Source: Nibricoccus sp. (lineage in GTDB: Bacteria; Verrucomicrobiota; Verrucomicrobiia; Opitutales; Opitutaceae). Taken from it: 64,000 nucleotides of DNA. Position numbers and translations under genes: made by a program. The stretch is from assembly GCA_047602425.1 (NCBI GenBank), contig JASGHG010000001.1:1536001-1600000 (forward strand), written 5' to 3'. The notes beneath the pieces are model-generated. The model saw only the letters and a list, made by a program, of their open reading frames with translations. It was not told the DNA's origin and ran no database searches. Positions 29,148 to 39,153 of this stretch are shown in pieces; position 1 is the first letter of the stretch, and every line of letters starts with the position of its first letter.

Positions 29148-30533
29148 TCAGGGACTGCTCGCCGCAATTTTCGCACCGCCAGGATAAGCAGGCATCCCTT
29201 CGCGGAAACCCGCCAGTGCCATGCCGCGATTTACTTCCCCAGCCTTCATGAAATAGTGCCAGACGAAATTGCTCCGAGTGTTTTCCGCCATGATCAACGT
29301 AATGCCCACGTCGATCGCGATCACGTCGGAGGAAACCCAACCCGTCGAGGGGTTGAAAGCGTCCACAAAGCCGTAGCGCTGCCAGACGGCCGGCCCGCCG
29401 ACTTTACGCATTTCGCGTAGCGCCTTGATGCATTCGCGCGGTGCAAAGGGTAGCGATCCGCCGGGCGCGCATGGGACTAGCGTTCCGTCGATTTTTGCAG
29501 GCGAATCCTGCAGGCCGCCCCAAGCCACGTAGCCCTTTGCGCTGTCCGACGCGGTCACGCCCCACATGTTGCGCGACCAATGAGCAAAGCTACCCGCGTT
29601 GTCCGCACACCATTCGCGCTGCGCCAACGTGGCGTCCACCGAGTTTCTCCAATAATCCGCGTGCTCGTCGCGGCGTCCGCGAAAATCGAACCAAGCATGC
29701 GAAAACTGATGCGTGAACAAGGGCGCGCAGTGAATGAAAGTGTGCGTGCCGTAAGTGACCACCGGTCCGCGGCGCCAAGCACTCCAACTCGCCGCCGGCA
29801 AGGGATTCGACGGCGCGCCGATGCCCAGCAGATACATCCCAAGCATTTCGCTGTAGGAGTCCCAGCGGTACTTGATAAAGCCCGTCTCCGGCCTCCAACC
29901 GTGCGTGAGCGTGGGCCCGCCGTTCATCGCCCAAGTCCAGTCAATGCGTCCATAAAGTTCGTTCACGATACGTGTCACCTCAGGATCGTTGAGATACTCG
30001 CGCGCCAACAACGCACCTTTCAGAAACAATGCCGTATCGATGGTCGAGGCCTCGCAATTCCACATCCGACGACCCGTCTGGGCATCGACATAGTGATAAA
30101 TCCATCCGCGTTCGTGCTCAACCTGCTCGTTGATAAAGCGCAGCACGCGCAGAGTCCGCGCCAAAGTTTCCTCGCGCGTCATCCAGCCTCGCGAATCGCC
30201 GATGCACCAGGCAGTCAGCGCAAATCCCGTCGCCGCAATGCTTGCCGGCGCATGACTACGCTTGCCATTGGCTGGCGCCCGGTCCCGCGTCAATCCGGTC
30301 TGCGGATCCGAATGCTCAAGAAAATACAACAACGCGCGCGACTGAATTTCCTCCAGAAAAGTTTCGTCCGCCTCGTTCGCCAGCTGCGAAAAACGCCCTG
30401 CTGAAGACGGGTCGCGCGACTGCGCGCTCATCCACACCACGCACGCCGTCAATACTCCTGCAAACCATCTTACCGCCCGGTGGCCACAACCCGGGAAAGG
30501 CGGGCGAAGTGTAATGTGATGCTCCATGCTCAT
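29148..30533 (-). CDS. Glucoamylase-like (GH144 / beta-1,2-glucanase-like) exported protein
   Basis: TGLTRDR, SIAATGFAL, ASTIDTAL, LTHGWRPE, WDSYSE, PLFTHQFSH, WGVTASD, YGFVDAFN, IDVG. Start uncertain by a few codons. Confidence 0.85.
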   Translation of the reverse strand: MSMEHHITLRPPFPGCGHRAVRWFAGVLTACVVWMSAQSRDPSSAGRFSQLANEADETFLEEIQSRALLYFLEHSDPQTGLTRDRAPANGKRSHAPASIAATGFALTAWCIGDSRGWMTREETLARTLRVLRFINEQVEHERGWIYHYVDAQTGRRMWNCEASTIDTALFLKGALLAREYLNDPEVTRIVNELYGRIDWTWAMNGGPTLTHGWRPETGFIKYRWDSYSEMLGMYLLGIGAPSNPLPAASWSAWRRGPVVTYGTHTFIHCAPLFTHQFSHAWFDFRGRRDEHADYWRNSVDATLAQREWCADNAGSFAHWSRNMWGVTASDSAKGYVAWGGLQDSPAKIDGTLVPCAPGGSLPFAPRECIKALREMRKVGGPAVWQRYGFVDAFNPSTGWVSSDVIAIDVGITLIMAENTRSNFVWHYFMKAGEVNRGMALAGFREGMPAYPGGAKIAASSP

Positions 30534-30937
30534 ATCTCTTACTACATATCGACACACCCCTTTGTTACTGAGAATCTCTGAACGTAAAATAAGGGTTTAT
30601 CCCGGTAGCGAAGCCGGCGTATTACGTCCCTGAATACAATAGCATCGCTCGTGCCGTCCCGCATCGCGGTCCCGCTCTTTCCGAGACGAAACACAGTCCG
30701 CCGCGGACCAACACGATAGGTAAATATTACGCGGATTATCAAAAATTTTCGGTCCAAATTCAGTGCAGTCATTGGCCGGATTTCCGTCTGCTGGCACCAA
30801 AAAAAAGTCCCACTTAGACAAAAACCGAACCAAAATAAACCGATAACTATTAAGTCGCTTAATGACCGCCGCCTTAACTTCGGGACTTAGTTACCCCCCA
30901 AGTCGAGCCGGCCGCCCGTAAGTGCGTCAACCCTTCT

Positions 30938-31045
30938 AAAAACCGAACCGCCGTCCGGCTGGCGGGCGGCGGTTACATGTTTTTCGGGTCGTGCCCGAGA
31001 CCATCGATAGATGGTTATCTTCGTCGGTTGTCCGGCGGAGCGGAC
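30938..31045 (-). ncRNA. Candidate structured RNA: three small hairpins plus a terminator-like hairpin
   Basis: Hairpins at 31030-31045, 31000-31015 and 30984-30998, then a 12-bp stem at 30946-30974 with a minus-strand U-run. Inside a roughly 770-bp gene-free region. No known family recognised. Confidence 0.35.
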
Positions 31046-31138
31046 TGACTTCTGAGATCTAACACACTTGCAGATATAATATCGGTCTGCCCTCGGAAAA
31101 ATTAAAGCGCGCCCATCGTTTTTTGTGCGTTTTTTTTC

Positions 31139-31166
31139 AAAAAATCCGCAGGAAAAACCCTGCGGA
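31139..31166 (-). terminator. Rho-independent terminator after the EamA transporter
   Basis: Stem TCCGCAGG/CCTGCGGA followed by six U on the minus strand. Confidence 0.7.
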
Positions 31167-31301
31167 AAACGCAGGCATTTTCCTCATTTACCAGAACCTA
31201 ATCTATTCTCCACCTACAACCCGCGTCCGCCCTAGGCTCTTCCTTTTTCCATTCTGTATTCCTCATTTTCCCTTCTCTGTGAGCGCATCCGCCGCGCACC
31301 C

Positions 31302-32198
31302 TCAGCCCAACACTGTGAGCAAAATCCCGGCAAGCACCCCCAGCACCGCGGGTAGCTTTTTGCGGCCGTTTTTCTCGCCGAAAAACACCAGCCCTCCCGT
31401 AAAGGCCACTAGCGTGCTCGCCCGCCGGATGCTCGACACCAGCGAAATCAATGCCCCTGGATCGCGCAACGCCGTGAAGTAGATATAATCCGACACCAGC
31501 AATGCCAGCGCCAGCAGCACGATGCTCCAACGCCAGTGAAACTCGTTGCGCGGCCACCAACGCAGTTTCCAACCAATCACCACCGGCAGAAACACCACTG
31601 CGAGATAAACCGAGAACCACGCCTGCACCGTCGCCGCCGAAAAACCGATTCTTCCGAGCAGAAAACGGTCATACAGTGCGCTGCAAGCCCCCAGCACCGT
31701 CCCCCCTACCAGCCAAAAAACCCACTTGTTGCGGTGAAAATGTATTCCCTCTTCGCGCCCGGCGAATGATAGCCCGACAAACGAGGCAATCGTCGTCGCC
31801 ACGCCCGCCATCTCCAGCCAGCTCGGCCGTTCCGCCAGAATCAGCAACGCCCCGAATAAAATCCAAATTGGTCCTGTCGCCCGGATCGGTGACGCCAGCG
31901 ACATCGGCAGATGTTTCACCGCGAAATAGGTGCACACCCAGGACGACGCCACGATTACGGATTTCAGCGCCAGCTGCCCATGCTGCGCCAATGTCAACGG
32001 TTCCACATGTAACCCGGCGGGTAACAGCCCGGGATGCATCGCATCCAACCCCATCAGCGCCGTCCAAATCGTCGCATTGCAAACCGTGCTAAAAAAAAGA
32101 ACCGGCAGCACCGCGTTATCGCGGACCGCGAGCTTCGTGAAAAGCTCGTAGCACCCAAGGAAGAACGCGGCGATCAGGCTGGCGGTGATCCAATGCAT
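31302..32198 (-). CDS. EamA/DMT-family transporter
   Basis: About 10 TM helices in two repeats; YFAVKHLPMSLASPIRA and LVSSIRRAS...FFGEK. Confidence 0.9.
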   Translation of the reverse strand: MHWITASLIAAFFLGCYELFTKLAVRDNAVLPVLFFSTVCNATIWTALMGLDAMHPGLLPAGLHVEPLTLAQHGQLALKSVIVASSWVCTYFAVKHLPMSLASPIRATGPIWILFGALLILAERPSWLEMAGVATTIASFVGLSFAGREEGIHFHRNKWVFWLVGGTVLGACSALYDRFLLGRIGFSAATVQAWFSVYLAVVFLPVVIGWKLRWWPRNEFHWRWSIVLLALALLVSDYIYFTALRDPGALISLVSSIRRASTLVAFTGGLVFFGEKNGRKKLPAVLGVLAGILLTVLG

Positions 32199-32508
32199 GA
32201 AAACCGTCCACGCTGCGTCATCGCCGATTTCAGATCAAGGCCACGAAAGTCCAAAAATTTAAGTTCCTCCACGACTTTCGGTTAAGCCCGGCCAGTGGCT
32301 CGGCACTCGCGTCATCTGCGACGATCCGATGCGCCAAGCTTAAAAGCTGCCTTTGCTAGGAGGTTGTTAATCTGCGTGGAGTTCTGTCGGGTTTTTCGAG
32401 CGTTTAGCGCATGTAGACTTGAAGCATCAACCCCGGTCGCTCCAGCCAGCTTCACCCAAGTCGCTGCCGACCTTAACAAGTCACCACGCATAACCCGATA
32501 ACTATAAC

Positions 32509-35439
32509 GTGATTATGACCCCTAACTCGCAATCCCAACCTGCACCGAGAAAGAAAGCCATAGGGCTCTCTCTCTCTGTCATGCTGGCGCTTTCCAGTGC
32601 CGGTTTTATACAAGCCCAAACGCCCGTCGCCACGCCAGCGCCGGCCCCCGCCACCCCGGTCGCCGCCACGCCCGCCGACGAGGTCGTCGTCCTCGAAGAA
32701 TTCCAAGTCAAAGGCCTTCGCGGTTCCGCGATGAAGGCTATCGAGCTCAAGAAAAATAATATTCAGTTCACCGACTCTGTCGTTTCGGAAGATATTGGTA
32801 AGTTCCCGGACAATAACGTCATTGAATCTCTCCAACGTGTGCCTGGCATTCAGGTCACCGACTATGGTCGCGGCAACATCACTTCGATCACTATCCGCGG
32901 TCTACCCGACGTCGTCACCCTGCTAAATGGACGCAATATCTTCACGTCTTCCGGCCTGACGCTCTCGCTTCAAGACGTTCCAGCCACGCTGATAAAGCGC
33001 ATCGATGTCATGAAAACTCGCTCTGCCAGTGCCATTGAAAGCGGTATGGCAGGCGTGCTCAATGTTGAAACCTTCCGCCCCTTCGACTTTGCCGGTCATC
33101 GCGTTTCCGTCTCTGCCAAAGCGACCTATCAGGAACAGCGCGGAGCTTGGGATCCTAACCTCAGCGTCCTCGTAAGCAATCGCTGGAAAATTGGTTCTGA
33201 AGGCAAGTTCGGCGCCCTTTTTAATGCGTCCTACCTGACCACAACCTATCGCGATCAAAGCGCCACCTCCGGCGCTCAGGTTCCCTTCGGCAAGGGAGTT
33301 CAGGCCGGTCATCCCTGGCCGGAATCCTACGCCCGCGCTTTCCCCGATGTCGTGGCGTGGACCCCTGGCCTGATCGATGGTCTACCGACAAAACCCGGCT
33401 CCACCATCGGCAACAATGTCGAATACGTTCTCGCTCGCGACGCCGTCTTTTTCGCCGACAGTAAGGGTAAAACCGAGCGTCCCGGCGCCACCCTGTCCCT
33501 GCAGTTCTCCCCTCACAAGAACGCCGAATACACCTTTGACGCGACCTACCTCGGTTACCGCAATCGTCATCGCAACAACCTGTTCTTCACCTTCACCGAC
33601 TGGTGGCTGGGTGGCAGCAACTGGATGGATCCCGCGAATCTTCCTCGGTATAACGATGTCCGCCTCTACCCAGGCACCAACATCGTCCAAAGCCGCGCCT
33701 ACATTCCCGGCATTGCTCAGTTCACCAGCTCCGACTATTCGGATGGTCGCACCGACAGCTTCCAATACGCAATTGCTGGCAAATGGTTCATTACTCCTGC
33801 CTTCACGCTCACCTCTGAGCTCGTTTATCAGGATAGCAAATTTGAACGCACCAACTTCTTCATGCGTGCAGATCGCGTCGGAACTGGTTTCCCATGGCTC
33901 TCGAATGCCATCATCGGCATCCAGTTTAATGATGGCACCGGACTTCCCGCCCTCATCAACTACGACAATCCCCTCACCACCAACGCCGACGAATCGAATT
34001 TGCGCGATCCGAACCAATGGACCGTTGGCCATATGTGGGATGGCGGCGGCGTCGATAAGGGCTCTGCTACCACCTTCACGGAAGAAGGCATCGTCAGTCT
34101 CAACTGGCCATTCATTAAAAAACTCAAACTCGGTCTTCGCGTAGATGATCGCCGCGCCGCTTCAGCCTCCCGCGCTGGCGAAGGCGATCCAAGCTCGGTT
34201 TTAACCCTCAGCGATCTCAATAGCCGCTACCCGGGAATCCTTTACACTAACAGCGATTTCTTCGATGGTCGCGGCAGAGTCCCCTCCAGCTGGGTGAGCA
34301 TGGACGCGAGCTTCATCGGCAAAAACTCCGACAAGCTGCGTAAGTTCTATAACTACACCTCGACTTCGACCTTCGATCTGAAGGAAGTCTTCAGCATCGA
34401 TGAAGTCACAACCGCTGGATACGTTCAGGCCGACGAACTCTCAGCCGATATCGGCGGACATAAGCTCACCGGACAGATGGGCATGCGCTTAGTCTCGATC
34501 AAAACCGCGATGAACTTCACAAACACCAACTTTGGCCGGTTCGACCGAACACAAGGTACAGCAGGTGTTACAAAATGGCTCCCGAGCGCTGCCTTCCAGT
34601 TCGACATCACCAAAAAGTTGATTGCCCGCGCTGGCTATGGCCAAACAATCCGCCGGCCAGCATTCAATGATCTCAATCCATTGATCACCTACAACCGCGA
34701 CGTCACCAACATCGGTTACGGCACGGCCACCGGCGGTAATCCCAATCTCAAGCCCACGACTTCCAAGAGCTTCGACCTCGCGCTCGAATATTACTTCGAC
34801 CAGACGAGTATGGTTCACATTGCTGCCTTCAAGAAGAACATCGATGGCCTCGTCGTCGGCGCCTTCCAACGTGTCATGTATGATATCGGTGATGGCCGCG
34901 ACCTCTATCCGTACATCCTCAGCGCGCCGATTAATGCCTCGAACGGCAAGCTCGACGGCATTGAGATGGGTGGAAAGTTCTATCCGAAATTCTTCAAGGG
35001 TTTCGGCGTCGAAGCCAGCTACACCCATCTGAAGTCCTCGCAAGACATTCCCGTGTATGACAGCACGACTGGCAAGATCACCAAGGTCCTCAATACCGAA
35101 TTCTTCGCGGTTTCGCCGGACTCCTTCAGTGTCACCGCCGGTTATGAACGCAGCTTCATCAGCGCCCGTCTCTCTTATGCTTGGCGCTCGTCCTTCCACC
35201 ACCACAACGAAGCCGCGCTCTTCGCCAATCCGCTGTATGTCTACAATGCTGCTGAACGCAGCCTGACTGCTCAGGTTACGTTCAAGATCGCCAAGGACCT
35301 CTCGATCGACGTCGAAGGTACCAACCTTACCGACGACATTCAGCGCAGCTACTACGGCAAAAACGGCTCCACGGTTAACAACTTTGGTAACTGGATCGTC
35401 GGCCGCACCTTCTCGGTCGCCACTCGCTACTCCTTCTAA
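32509..35439 (+). CDS. TonB-dependent receptor (probably carbohydrate uptake)
   Basis: Signal peptide, TonB-box-like VVVLEEFQVKG, plug SEDIGKFPDNNVIESLQRVPGI, GGNPNLKP, C-terminal GRTFSVATRYSF. Confidence 0.94.
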   Translation: MIMTPNSQSQPAPRKKAIGLSLSVMLALSSAGFIQAQTPVATPAPAPATPVAATPADEVVVLEEFQVKGLRGSAMKAIELKKNNIQFTDSVVSEDIGKFPDNNVIESLQRVPGIQVTDYGRGNITSITIRGLPDVVTLLNGRNIFTSSGLTLSLQDVPATLIKRIDVMKTRSASAIESGMAGVLNVETFRPFDFAGHRVSVSAKATYQEQRGAWDPNLSVLVSNRWKIGSEGKFGALFNASYLTTTYRDQSATSGAQVPFGKGVQAGHPWPESYARAFPDVVAWTPGLIDGLPTKPGSTIGNNVEYVLARDAVFFADSKGKTERPGATLSLQFSPHKNAEYTFDATYLGYRNRHRNNLFFTFTDWWLGGSNWMDPANLPRYNDVRLYPGTNIVQSRAYIPGIAQFTSSDYSDGRTDSFQYAIAGKWFITPAFTLTSELVYQDSKFERTNFFMRADRVGTGFPWLSNAIIGIQFNDGTGLPALINYDNPLTTNADESNLRDPNQWTVGHMWDGGGVDKGSATTFTEEGIVSLNWPFIKKLKLGLRVDDRRAASASRAGEGDPSSVLTLSDLNSRYPGILYTNSDFFDGRGRVPSSWVSMDASFIGKNSDKLRKFYNYTSTSTFDLKEVFSIDEVTTAGYVQADELSADIGGHKLTGQMGMRLVSIKTAMNFTNTNFGRFDRTQGTAGVTKWLPSAAFQFDITKKLIARAGYGQTIRRPAFNDLNPLITYNRDVTNIGYGTATGGNPNLKPTTSKSFDLALEYYFDQTSMVHIAAFKKNIDGLVVGAFQRVMYDIGDGRDLYPYILSAPINASNGKLDGIEMGGKFYPKFFKGFGVEASYTHLKSSQDIPVYDSTTGKITKVLNTEFFAVSPDSFSVTAGYERSFISARLSYAWRSSFHHHNEAALFANPLYVYNAAERSLTAQVTFKIAKDLSIDVEGTNLTDDIQRSYYGKNGSTVNNFGNWIVGRTFSVATRYSF

Positions 35440-35464
35440 ACCTGTATCCAGCGTGTTAGCTTTC

Positions 35465-35493
35465 AAGGGCAACCCAGCCGGGTTGCCCTTTTT
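35465..35493 (+). terminator. Rho-independent terminator after the TonB-dependent receptor
   Basis: AAGGGCAACCC-AGCC-GGGTTGCCCTT followed by TTT. Confidence 0.85.
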
Positions 35494-35607
35494 GGTGCCC
35501 GCGCGAACCTAGTCTGATGCAGTGCTATCGCTCCTTTCAATGTCCCGATCTTTTGTATTTTGCGCTTCTTGTGCCCCGTCTTCCCCGGTAAAAAAATCCA
35601 CAAGAAC

Positions 35608-36414
35608 ATGCCTGCTCCAAAAGTCTCCATCGACGAGGTCACCTCCATTCTCGAACGGATCCGCACGCGTCATCCGCTCGTGCATTGCCTGACGAATCAC
35701 GTGGTGAAAAACTTCACCGCCAATGTCCTGCTCGCGCTCGGCGCCGCGCCCGCCATGGTCGAGCACGCGGACGAAGCTGCGGAATTTGCCGCCATGGCCG
35801 ACGCCTTGCTCGTCAATGTCGGCACACTCGACGAACCGCAAATGGCCGCGATGCTCCGCGCTATCCCGTCTGCGAACAAAGCCCATAAGCCTTGGGTTTT
35901 CGATCCTGTCGCCGTCGGGCCGCTGACCGTACGCACCCATTTTGCCCACGAAATCCTCGCCCAACGGCCTACACTGATTCGTGGAAACGCTTCCGAAATC
36001 ATCGCACTCGCCGGACAAGCCGGACGCGGACGCGGTGTGGACAGTGGCGACGCTTCCGACGCTGCCCTGGGCGCAGCCAAAGCTCTCGCTGTTCAAACCC
36101 AGGGCGCCGCACTCGTTACCGGCCCCGTCGACTATGCGACGGATGGTTCCTCGATTGTGGCTTGTGCCAATGGCCATCCACTTTTGACGCGCGTCACCGG
36201 AGTTGGTTGTGCCCAGGGCGCCGTCGCCGCTGCCTGCTGCGCCGTTGCCTCAAGCCCGCTTGCCGCTGCCGTCGCCGCCGCCACCTTCATGGGAGTGGCC
36301 GGCCAACTTGCCGCCTGCGTGTCGGTACGACCTGGTTCGTTCGCCGAGGCGCTCCTGGACTCGCTTGACCAACTCGACGCCGACGTCCTGCACCGCGAAG
36401 CAAAAATTTCATGA
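35608..36414 (+). CDS. thiM: Hydroxyethylthiazole kinase
   Basis: PLVHCLTNHVVKNFTANVLLALGAAPAM, NVGTL, DPVAVG, RGNASEI, GRGVDS, VTGVGC. Confidence 0.95.
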   Translation: MPAPKVSIDEVTSILERIRTRHPLVHCLTNHVVKNFTANVLLALGAAPAMVEHADEAAEFAAMADALLVNVGTLDEPQMAAMLRAIPSANKAHKPWVFDPVAVGPLTVRTHFAHEILAQRPTLIRGNASEIIALAGQAGRGRGVDSGDASDAALGAAKALAVQTQGAALVTGPVDYATDGSSIVACANGHPLLTRVTGVGCAQGAVAAACCAVASSPLAAAVAAATFMGVAGQLAACVSVRPGSFAEALLDSLDQLDADVLHREAKIS

Positions 36415-37043
36415 GCAAGGTCGACTACACCGTCTACCTCGTTACCGACGCTCCCGAACGCTATCCAAATGGACTGCTTCCCGGCGTCGAGACCGCCTTG
36501 GCTGGTGGCGTGAGCATAGTCCAATACCGCGCCACAACCGGAACCCGTCGCCACCTCTACGAAACCGCTCGCGCCCTTCAAGGGCTGCTTCGTCCACGCA
36601 ATGTCCCTCTCATCGTCAACGACCAGGTTGACCTCGCCCTCGCCGTCGATGCCGATGGAGTCCACGTTGGCCAAAATGACCTGCCCGCCGACGTCGTACG
36701 TCGTATGATTGGCCCTGGCAAAATACTCGGCCTTTCCATCACCGCCCTCGAGCAACTCGACAGCGTTTCACCAAAAACCGTCGACTACCTAGGCCTCGGG
36801 CCGGTCTTCCCGACCATCTCAAAAGACGACGCCGCGCCCGCACTTGGCCTGGAACAACTCGCACGCCTGACCGCTCGCTGCACGCTGCCCACGGTCGCCA
36901 TTGGTGGCATCAATCTCGAAAACGCTTCCGCCGTCTTCGCCGCGGGCGTCGATGGGCTTGCCGTGGTTTCCGCACTTTCACTTGCCGCCGATCCCGCCGC
37001 GATGGCCCGTGCCCTTCGCGCGAAAAAACCGAACCGCCCATGA
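36411..37043 (+). CDS. thiE: Thiamine-phosphate synthase
   Basis: YLVTD, VQYR, IVND, DGVHVGQND, GPVFPTISK, AIGGI, AVVSA. Confidence 0.95.
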   Translation: MSKVDYTVYLVTDAPERYPNGLLPGVETALAGGVSIVQYRATTGTRRHLYETARALQGLLRPRNVPLIVNDQVDLALAVDADGVHVGQNDLPADVVRRMIGPGKILGLSITALEQLDSVSPKTVDYLGLGPVFPTISKDDAAPALGLEQLARLTARCTLPTVAIGGINLENASAVFAAGVDGLAVVSALSLAADPAAMARALRAKKPNRP

Positions 37044-37888
37044 TCCCCAACGTCCTCACCCTCGCCGGCGTCGATCCTTCCGGCGGCGCCGGCATCTTCG
37101 CCGATCTGAAAACTTTTTCCGCGCTCAAGGCCTACGGAACCGGTGTCGTCGTTGCCCTGACCGCCCAAAACACCCAAGGCGTCACCGGCGTGCAACTCGT
37201 CCCCTCAAGCTTTGTCGCCCAACAAATCGACACGCTCTGTGCTGACGTGCGCATTGACGCGGCCAAGGTTGGAATGCTCGCGACCGCCGAACTTGTGACC
37301 ACGGTCGCGGCCGGTTTGAAACGTCACGATCTCAAACGCCTGGTCGTCGACCCCGTCATGGTTTCAAAAAGCGGTCATCATCTCCTCCAACCCGACGCCG
37401 TCGCCGCCCTCCGCAGCGAACTCCTGCCGCTCGCCGAAATTATTACGCCGAATCTTCCCGAGGCCGGCGTTTTGCTGGGTCAGCCCGAACCACGTACCAT
37501 CGACGAAATGCGCCGGGCCGCCCGCGCTTTGCTCAAGTTCGGTCCGCGCTACGTCTTGCTAAAAGGCGGCCACCTCGGCGACGCGGATAGCACTGACATC
37601 CTCGACGATGGCGTGACGCAGACCGAATTCCGCGCTTCGCGGATCGCTACGAAAAATACGCATGGCACCGGCTGCACGCTTTCCGCCGCCATCACTGCTT
37701 TGCTACCTCAGCGTTCCTCCATCGCCGACGCCATCCGCGATGCCAAAACCTGGCTGACCGCCGCCATCGCCGCAGCCGATCAACTCGCCATCGGCCACGG
37801 CCACGGCCCCGTCCATCATTTCCATGCACTGTGGCAGTCCCCGCCCGATCCGGGTCTCATTTGCGGGCACAACCCGGGACCGCTTTAA
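37040..37888 (+). CDS. thiD: Hydroxymethylpyrimidine / phosphomethylpyrimidine kinase
   Basis: AGVDPSGGAGIFADLKTF, TAQNT, DPVMVSKSG, TPNLPEA, LKGGH, THGTGCTLSAA, GHGPVHH. Confidence 0.95.
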   Translation: MIPNVLTLAGVDPSGGAGIFADLKTFSALKAYGTGVVVALTAQNTQGVTGVQLVPSSFVAQQIDTLCADVRIDAAKVGMLATAELVTTVAAGLKRHDLKRLVVDPVMVSKSGHHLLQPDAVAALRSELLPLAEIITPNLPEAGVLLGQPEPRTIDEMRRAARALLKFGPRYVLLKGGHLGDADSTDILDDGVTQTEFRASRIATKNTHGTGCTLSAAITALLPQRSSIADAIRDAKTWLTAAIAAADQLAIGHGHGPVHHFHALWQSPPDPGLICGHNPGPL

Positions 37889-38047
37889 AGTTGTCGAAAC
37901 CGAACGCGGTCGCAAATCGGCACAATTTGTTTCTAACGTCACAGTGCTGCCGATGGCACCGCAATTTGACGCAGGCGCATTCCTTCGCATCGTCAGAAGG
38001 GCCGGGACAAAACCCATTGCTCATCGCAACTCTGAACAAGCATCACC

Positions 38048-39085
38048 ATGATTCCATCGTCACACCACTTCAGCCACGATCAACTCAGCCGTCGCGACGC
38101 TCTCCGTTTTTTCGGCCTCGCCGGCACCGCCGCCCTCCTGACGCCTTCGCTTTTTGGCGCAAACGAACCAGCCACCATTAAAAATCCGCCAGCCACCCTC
38201 GCTGGTGCGCAGCCCGGCTTTCACCGTTTCCGCATCGGCGCTTTTGAAGCCCTTGCCCTCAACGATGGCGGTTTTGCCCCGACTCCTGCCGAGTCGCCCT
38301 TCGGCGTCGGTGAGCCGCGCGAGAAAGTTGTTGCCACGCTGCGCGACGCGTTTCTTCCGGGCGACAAGGTGCAACTTCCGTTCAATGTCCTTCTCGTCCG
38401 CACCGATTCGGACCTGCTCATGATCGACGCTGGCTGTGGCAGTATGTTCGGCCCGGCCGGCGGCCGTCTCGTCGCCAATCTCGCCGCGGCAGGCGTGAAG
38501 CCCGAGCAGATCACCGGCATTATCCTGACGCATGCCCACGCCGACCACTTCGGTGGATTGCTCGATGCCAACAAAGAACCCGTTTTCAAAAACGCCCACC
38601 TTTTCATCAGCCGCAAAGAGCACGCGTTCTGGACCAGCGCCTCGCCGGATCTCTCCGCTCAACCGCTACCAGAAGAAACCCGCAAAAGCTTCATCGCTGG
38701 CGCGCAATCATATCTCGAAACCCTCAAGGGCCGCTGGCAGTTCATTGCGCCCGGCGAAAAACTCATGGAAGGTCTCGAAATCGTCGACGCCCCGGGACAC
38801 ACGCCCGGCCATGTTGCGCTGCTCTTTTCGTCAGGCTCGGAACAATTGTTGCATTTCGTAGATGCCGCCCATCACCACGCGATTTCCTTCTCTCACCCCG
38901 AATGGAAACTCGCGTTCGACACGCAACCTCCGATCGCCAACGCCACACGCAAAAAGCTTTTCGATCGCGCCGCAGCCGACCGCTTGCGCGTCTTTGGCGG
39001 GCACATGCCGTTCCCTTCGCTTGGCCACATTCGGTCCGTTGGCGACCACTACGAGTTCGTCATCGAACCGTCCTCCATCAGCTAA
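38048..39085 (+). CDS. Tat-exported metallo-beta-lactamase-fold hydrolase
   Basis: Twin-arginine signal SRRDALRF; THAHADH, PGHTPGH and HMPFP motifs. Confidence 0.92.
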   Translation: MIPSSHHFSHDQLSRRDALRFFGLAGTAALLTPSLFGANEPATIKNPPATLAGAQPGFHRFRIGAFEALALNDGGFAPTPAESPFGVGEPREKVVATLRDAFLPGDKVQLPFNVLLVRTDSDLLMIDAGCGSMFGPAGGRLVANLAAAGVKPEQITGIILTHAHADHFGGLLDANKEPVFKNAHLFISRKEHAFWTSASPDLSAQPLPEETRKSFIAGAQSYLETLKGRWQFIAPGEKLMEGLEIVDAPGHTPGHVALLFSSGSEQLLHFVDAAHHHAISFSHPEWKLAFDTQPPIANATRKKLFDRAAADRLRVFGGHMPFPSLGHIRSVGDHYEFVIEPSSIS

Positions 39086-39153
39086 AACAGAGCGTCGTTC
39101 GAGCGTTTCTCGTGGCTCGACACGTCCAACGTGTCGGGCCAGTGTTTTTCGCA

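Noticed and set aside
30640..30700. c-di-GMP-I riboswitch-like string on the minus strand (CTCGGAAAGAGCGGGAC)
   Set aside because: Only the GAAA hairpin resembles the motif; the GCAAA elements and second stem are missing.
30840..30850. CCGATAACTAT repeated at 32495-32505
   Set aside because: An 11-mer match is expected by chance many times in 64 kb, and it has no dyad or consistent position.
32199..32508. Cobalamin or TPP riboswitch upstream of the TonB-dependent receptor
   Set aside because: No B12-box or TPP consensus is visible. A terminator separates the receptor from thiM, so a thiamine-uptake role is unsupported.
35494..35607. TPP riboswitch expected upstream of thiMED
   Set aside because: No CTGAGA or ACCTGA core motifs in the 114-bp gap, which holds only a short periodic repeat.
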